Part shown: piece by piece, positions 59,730 through 64,000 of the stretch | Position numbering within the stretch: position 1 is the first letter of the stretch | Layout of the letters: each line of letters opens with the position of its first letter | Source of the DNA: Fidelibacterota bacterium | Lineage (GTDB): Bacteria; Fidelibacterota; Marinisomatia; Marinisomatales; Marinisomataceae | NCBI GenBank assembly: GCA_965212055.1 | Contig: OZ243041.1 | Location: 576,001-640,000, forward strand | Direction of reading: 5' to 3' | DNA: 64,000 bases | Notes under the pieces: generated by a model | Database searches by the model: none | Told to the model about the DNA's origin: nothing | What the model saw: only the letters and a program-made list of their open reading frames with translations | Made by a program: the position numbers and the translations under genes

Positions 59730-60231
59730 GAATATGTTTGGTTATTGTTACACAATTGTCTTTTATAGAAGAATTATTAGTATCTATTTTTATTGTCGAT
59801 AATGTTTCATATCTAGATTGCCTATCCTCAAAAATATTTTGCAATGCTTCACGTTTATTTCCATTTGATAATAACGGTCTTGAATCATCATGTTCTAATC
59901 GCTGACAAAGACTATCAATTGAAGCATATAAATACACACAGAATGATTGTTTTAATATCTCATGGTTTGATTCATCTAGAACAATCCCTCCACCTGTGGA
60001 ACATACAATACAGTCTTTTAACGCTATTTCTTTTAACTTCTTTGTTTCCTGTTCACGGAATTGAGGTTCTCCATTTATAAACATATCACTTATCGACAAA
60101 TTATGATCCTTTTCTAGTTCATTATCGATATCATAAAATGTCCAATTTAGAGAATCTGCTAATGCTTTTCCCGTAGAAGACTTTCCAGAACCCATCATGC
60201 CTATTAAAAAGATTTGATTAATATTTTCCAC
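59722..60231 (-). CDS. aroK: Shikimate kinase
   Basis: GMMGSGKS, GE..FR..E, STGGG, RPLL. Confidence 0.95.
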   Translation of the reverse strand: MENINQIFLIGMMGSGKSSTGKALADSLNWTFYDIDNELEKDHNLSISDMFINGEPQFREQETKKLKEIALKDCIVCSTGGGIVLDESNHEILKQSFCVYLYASIDSLCQRLEHDDSRPLLSNGNKREALQNIFEDRQSRYETLSTIKIDTNNSSIKDNCVTITKHIHG

Positions 60232-61378
60232 TGCTCTTTATGTGTTTTTTTAATTGTTCTAAACTATCTCCACCGAATTTCTCCAACAACGCATCCGCTA
60301 ACACAATTGTTAACATACTTTCGCCAATAATAGATGCAGCAGGCACGGCACAAGAATCTGTTCTTTCTTTGTGTGCTAATTTCGGTTCCATTGTGTTCAA
60401 ATCAATAGATCGAAGTGGTTTGATAAGCGTTGATAACGGTTTCATGCTTACTTTGACATGAATTGGTTGTGCATTGCTCATTCCTCCTTCAATTCCGCCA
60501 GCATTATTGCTTGATCGAGTAATTTGTCCATCTTCATAGAGTATCTCGTCATGCAGTTCACTACCAAACACTGCTCCCGAAGCAAATCCAGCCCCTATTT
60601 CTACACCTTTAAATGCATTCACAGACATCATTGCTTGTGTAATACGTGCTTGTAATTTTCCGTCCGCGTTAATATAGCTACCAAGTCCATAAGGCAACCC
60701 GTTAGCAATCACTTCAAATGAACCCCCTACAGAATCTCCATTTTCTTTTGCTTGGTCAATTACTGCAATCATTTTTGCCTCTGTTTTTTTATCAAGACAT
60801 CTAACAGGAGATTTATCCACTGTTTTATTTAATTTTTCAAGATTAGTATTCTCTTCAACAGATGTATCGTCTACCACATTATGAATTTGATAAACACGGC
60901 TACCAACTGTAATTCCTACTTCTTCCAATAATCTTCTACACACCGCACCAATAGCAACTCGCATCGCTGTTTCTCGTGCAGAAGAACGTTCTAATACATT
61001 TCGAATATCATCAAAATCATACTTCATAACCCCAGCTAAATCGGCATGTCCTGGACGAGGCATACTGACTTTTTTATGCTCTTTTTTTGGTGTCCCAACG
61101 GCCATTCTATCTTCCCAGTTTACCCAGTCCAAATTTTTAATTAATAATGAAATTGGTGAACCCAATGTAATTGCATGACGCACACCTGAAAAAATCTCGG
61201 CATAATCTTTCTCAATTTTCATACGTTTGCCTCTACCATGTCCTTGCATTCTTCTAAACAAATCTTTGGCAATATACTCTTCGGTAAGATGCATTCCAGC
61301 CGGAATCCCTTCTATAATCCCAATTAATCCTTTTCCGTGTGACTCTCCTGCAGTCATATACGATATTTTTTTCAACAT
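60218..61378 (-). CDS. aroC: Chorismate synthase
   Basis: TAGESHG, RPGHADL, ERSSARET, NNAGGIEGG. Confidence 0.97.
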   Translation of the reverse strand: MLKKISYMTAGESHGKGLIGIIEGIPAGMHLTEEYIAKDLFRRMQGHGRGKRMKIEKDYAEIFSGVRHAITLGSPISLLIKNLDWVNWEDRMAVGTPKKEHKKVSMPRPGHADLAGVMKYDFDDIRNVLERSSARETAMRVAIGAVCRRLLEEVGITVGSRVYQIHNVVDDTSVEENTNLEKLNKTVDKSPVRCLDKKTEAKMIAVIDQAKENGDSVGGSFEVIANGLPYGLGSYINADGKLQARITQAMMSVNAFKGVEIGAGFASGAVFGSELHDEILYEDGQITRSSNNAGGIEGGMSNAQPIHVKVSMKPLSTLIKPLRSIDLNTMEPKLAHKERTDSCAVPAASIIGESMLTIVLADALLEKFGGDSLEQLKKHIKSSGKY

Positions 61379-62199
61379 AATACGTTCTCCAATTGTTTTT
61401 TGATTGAATCCAGTTTTGGGCCCACATTATAAGTAGTTTCTGTCCAAATTTCAATAGACTTCAGCGCTTGAAAGATGAGCATATCCAATCCATTAATAGA
61501 CTGCTTGACATTATCTTTGTATTTGTCCAAAAAAAGCGTGTGATTGGATGTATAAATCAAGTCAATAAGAATACTGTCTTGATGTATAGGAATATTAAAA
61601 AAATCATCCTTATCATCTTGTTGATACATTCCAAGTGGTGTGGTATTAATAGCCAAATCAAATTTGATGTCAGCTTTATCAAATATCTGAATATCTATGT
61701 CAGAAATTGCTTGTGCATATGCTTGTATTCTTAATGCATTTTCCATTGATTTATTTTTGATAGTAATGGATGCTGCATGCCCATCAATTAATGCTTTTAC
61801 AATCGTCTTAGAAGATCCTCCTGCGCCCAATACAAGACAGTGTTTTGATTCCACGCTAATATCATTATGATGGAGCATCATTTCAAATCCATATAAATCG
61901 GTATTATACCCTTTTAGACTGTTCCCTTTTCTTGTAATACAATTCGCATTGCCTAAGATTTTCACACTTTCATCCAATTCGTCCACAAACTCTAAACCAT
62001 GTTCTTTGTGTGGGATGGTAATATTGATTCCATCAAATGCTCCTGCCTTAAAAGCATCAAAAAAAGAAGATAGTTCTTCAGAAGAAATATCATTCTTCTC
62101 ATAGGTACAATCTTCCAAATTGAAGGTATCAAAAAGAATTTTTTGTAACTCTGGGCTAATGCTTTGATGCACTGGGGTTCCTATTAATCCTAATTTCAT
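61372..62199 (-). CDS. aroE: Shikimate dehydrogenase
   Basis: SISP, NITIPHK, NTDLYG, GAGGS, GLDMLIFQA. Confidence 0.93.
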   Translation of the reverse strand: MKLGLIGTPVHQSISPELQKILFDTFNLEDCTYEKNDISSEELSSFFDAFKAGAFDGINITIPHKEHGLEFVDELDESVKILGNANCITRKGNSLKGYNTDLYGFEMMLHHNDISVESKHCLVLGAGGSSKTIVKALIDGHAASITIKNKSMENALRIQAYAQAISDIDIQIFDKADIKFDLAINTTPLGMYQQDDKDDFFNIPIHQDSILIDLIYTSNHTLFLDKYKDNVKQSINGLDMLIFQALKSIEIWTETTYNVGPKLDSIKKQLENVLC

Positions 62200-63443
62200 G
62201 ATTGCATCACCTCGATTGTATTAAAAAATCCTGGTAAGGAGATATTGATGCATTCCTTATTATCAATCTCATATTTCCCAAATGCGGCAATACTTAGCAC
62301 AATAAATGCCATTGCAATACGATGATCATCAAACGATTGCACTGTTGCCATAGTTGGATGACCGCCCTCTACAATAAGACTATTATCTTCTTCGTATGCA
62401 TTAATCCCAAAATTCTTCAGATTATCTATAATTGCTTGCAAACGATTGCTTTCTTTGAATTTTAATTCTTCTACTCGGTTAAAGACGGTTTTACCATCTC
62501 CAAATGCAGCTAATACTGCTAAAATTGGTATTTCATCAATAATCGATGGAATAATGTAGGCTGGAACCTCAAAACTGTTAATTGGGGATGAAATAAACTC
62601 AACATCTCCGCATAATTCTCCATGGATATAATGTTGATTGGATATATTTATCTGAATATTGATTTTTTCCAACACATTCATAAACCCAATACGGGTTGGA
62701 TTAAGCAACATATTACGAATGGTAAGCCTTGAATCTTTTGCCAAAATTGCCAATGCAATAAAAAACGATGCAGAAGAAGGATCAGATGGAATCTCCAAGT
62801 TAATAGGAGTTAGCGGTGATGAAAGTGGTTCCACCCTAATATCATTATCGTTTACTAAAATGGTTGCACCCATATCCTGTAACATAATTTCGGTATGGTC
62901 TCGTGAACTGTTTAACTCCGAAACATTAGACGATGATTCTGCTCCTAATCCTGCTAACAAAATAGAGGATTTTACTTGGGCACTTGCCACAGGCATTTTG
63001 TAGTTAATTCCATTTAATGGATTCGATGCATCTACTGTTAATGGAAGCAATCCATCGTTAGATTCAATACTACACCCCATTTCTGTAAGTGGGACGATAA
63101 TTCTGTTCATTGGTCTTGCAGATAAGGAAGCATCTCCTGTCAACGAAAACTGAAGACGTTGGGAAGACAAGAGCCCAGATAACAATCTCGCACTTGTCCC
63201 TGAATTTCCACAATCAACAGGTTCGTCAGGATTTCTAAGTTTTGTTCCTGTAATAACAACCTTTTCTCCATTTTGATCAATAGAAGCACCGCATGCTCGT
63301 AAAGCTTGAATGGTGGATTGTAAATCTTTTCCATCATTGAGATTAGTAATTTCACTTACCCCATTTGCAATCGATGCTAACATCACTGCCCTATGGGAGA
63401 TAGACTTGTCTCCTGGTAAAGAAATAGTAGTATTAATGGCCAT
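62196..63443 (-). CDS. aroA: EPSP synthase
   Basis: PGDKSISHRA, DCGNSGT, SAQVKS, KESNR, DHRIAM. Confidence 0.97.
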   Translation of the reverse strand: MAINTTISLPGDKSISHRAVMLASIANGVSEITNLNDGKDLQSTIQALRACGASIDQNGEKVVITGTKLRNPDEPVDCGNSGTSARLLSGLLSSQRLQFSLTGDASLSARPMNRIIVPLTEMGCSIESNDGLLPLTVDASNPLNGINYKMPVASAQVKSSILLAGLGAESSSNVSELNSSRDHTEIMLQDMGATILVNDNDIRVEPLSSPLTPINLEIPSDPSSASFFIALAILAKDSRLTIRNMLLNPTRIGFMNVLEKINIQINISNQHYIHGELCGDVEFISSPINSFEVPAYIIPSIIDEIPILAVLAAFGDGKTVFNRVEELKFKESNRLQAIIDNLKNFGINAYEEDNSLIVEGGHPTMATVQSFDDHRIAMAFIVLSIAAFGKYEIDNKECINISLPGFFNTIEVMQS

Positions 63444-64000
63444 TTTTCTCCATCTCTGCTGCAATATTAAAAGAAAGCTCTAATGCTTGATTGGCATTCA
63501 ATCGGGGATCACAATGGGTGTGATATCTTGAGTGCAAATCTTTATCACTGAGCTTATATAATCCGCCAGTACATTCGGTAACATTTTGACCAGTCATCTC
63601 GAGATGAATCCCTCCTAAATGGGACCCTTTCGACTTTAAGATATGAATGGCCTTAGTGGTTTCATTTAAAAGGGATGAAAAGTCTCTTGTTTTAAGCCCT
63701 TCTGAAGATTTCACTGTATTCCCATGCATTGGATCTGAAATCCATAATACCGTCTTGTTATGTTTATTGATTGTATCTACTAGAACCGGTAAATGTTGAT
63801 CGATATTTTCTTCTCCATATCGAAAGATGAGCGATATTTTTCCAGCTTCATTCTCGGGATTTAATATGTCAATAATCTTGAGTAATTCATCCGGATCTAA
63901 TGATGGCCCACATTTGATTCCGATTGGATTACTAATCCCTCGACAAAATTCTACATGTGCACTATCAATAAATCGGGTTCGATCTCCAATCCAGATAAAA
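63433..64000 (-). CDS. Class II DAHP synthase (5' end outside the window)
   Basis: WIGDRTR, NPIGIKCGP, WISDPMHGNT, GGIHLEMTG..VTEC, CDPRLN. Confidence 0.92.
   Translation of the reverse strand, partial: FIWIGDRTRFIDSAHVEFCRGISNPIGIKCGPSLDPDELLKIIDILNPENEAGKISLIFRYGEENIDQHLPVLVDTINKHNKTVLWISDPMHGNTVKSSEGLKTRDFSSLLNETTKAIHILKSKGSHLGGIHLEMTGQNVTECTGGLYKLSDKDLHSRYHTHCDPRLNANQALELSFNIAAEMEKNGH

Noticed and set aside
2167..63355. Numerous short ORFs (e.g. 3833-4141, 12002-12394, 22350-22736, 39875-40285, 62659-63003) overlapping identified genes
   Set aside because: Antisense or alternate-frame shadows of well-supported genes with no recognisable motifs

Overview
AT-rich, densely packed bacterial chromosome segment with almost all genes on the minus strand and many overlapping stop/start codons. 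PorV-like, GWxTD and DUF4270-like genes suggest an FCB-superphylum organism, most plausibly a streamlined marine Marinimicrobia genome (inference). Most of the window is housekeeping: cdsA, rlpA, pyrD, obgE, icd, coaD, rsmD, dnaJ/grpE, ftsEX, nadD, bamD, glyA, mreBCD-mrdA-rodA, trxAB, tyrS, smpB, transaldolase, a nine-gene shikimate/aromatic operon and three tRNAs (Ser-GCT, Gly-GCC, Ala-GGC). The best candidate for an undescribed system is at 1-5948: a translationally coupled operon with a GlmL-like ASKHA ATPase (no B12 mutase subunits in view), a barrel-sandwich/KOW protein, a small protein, two related membrane-anchored DUF6754-like proteins and a polytopic membrane protein. Other points of interest: an integrase lacking its catalytic domain beside tRNA-Gly with DnaA-box-like inverted repeats upstream, an att-like 56-bp duplication of the tRNA-Ser 3' half beside a garbled duplicated segment, a degenerate pilin/PilM-like pair, a TPAT (TRAP+TatT) transporter, several probable pseudo-enzymes and recurrent leaderless-type promoters. 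Frameshifts in obgE, rlpA and two hypothetical genes look like consensus errors. No CRISPR array, rRNA or intact transposase was seen. All product calls come from motif recognition by eye, not database searches.
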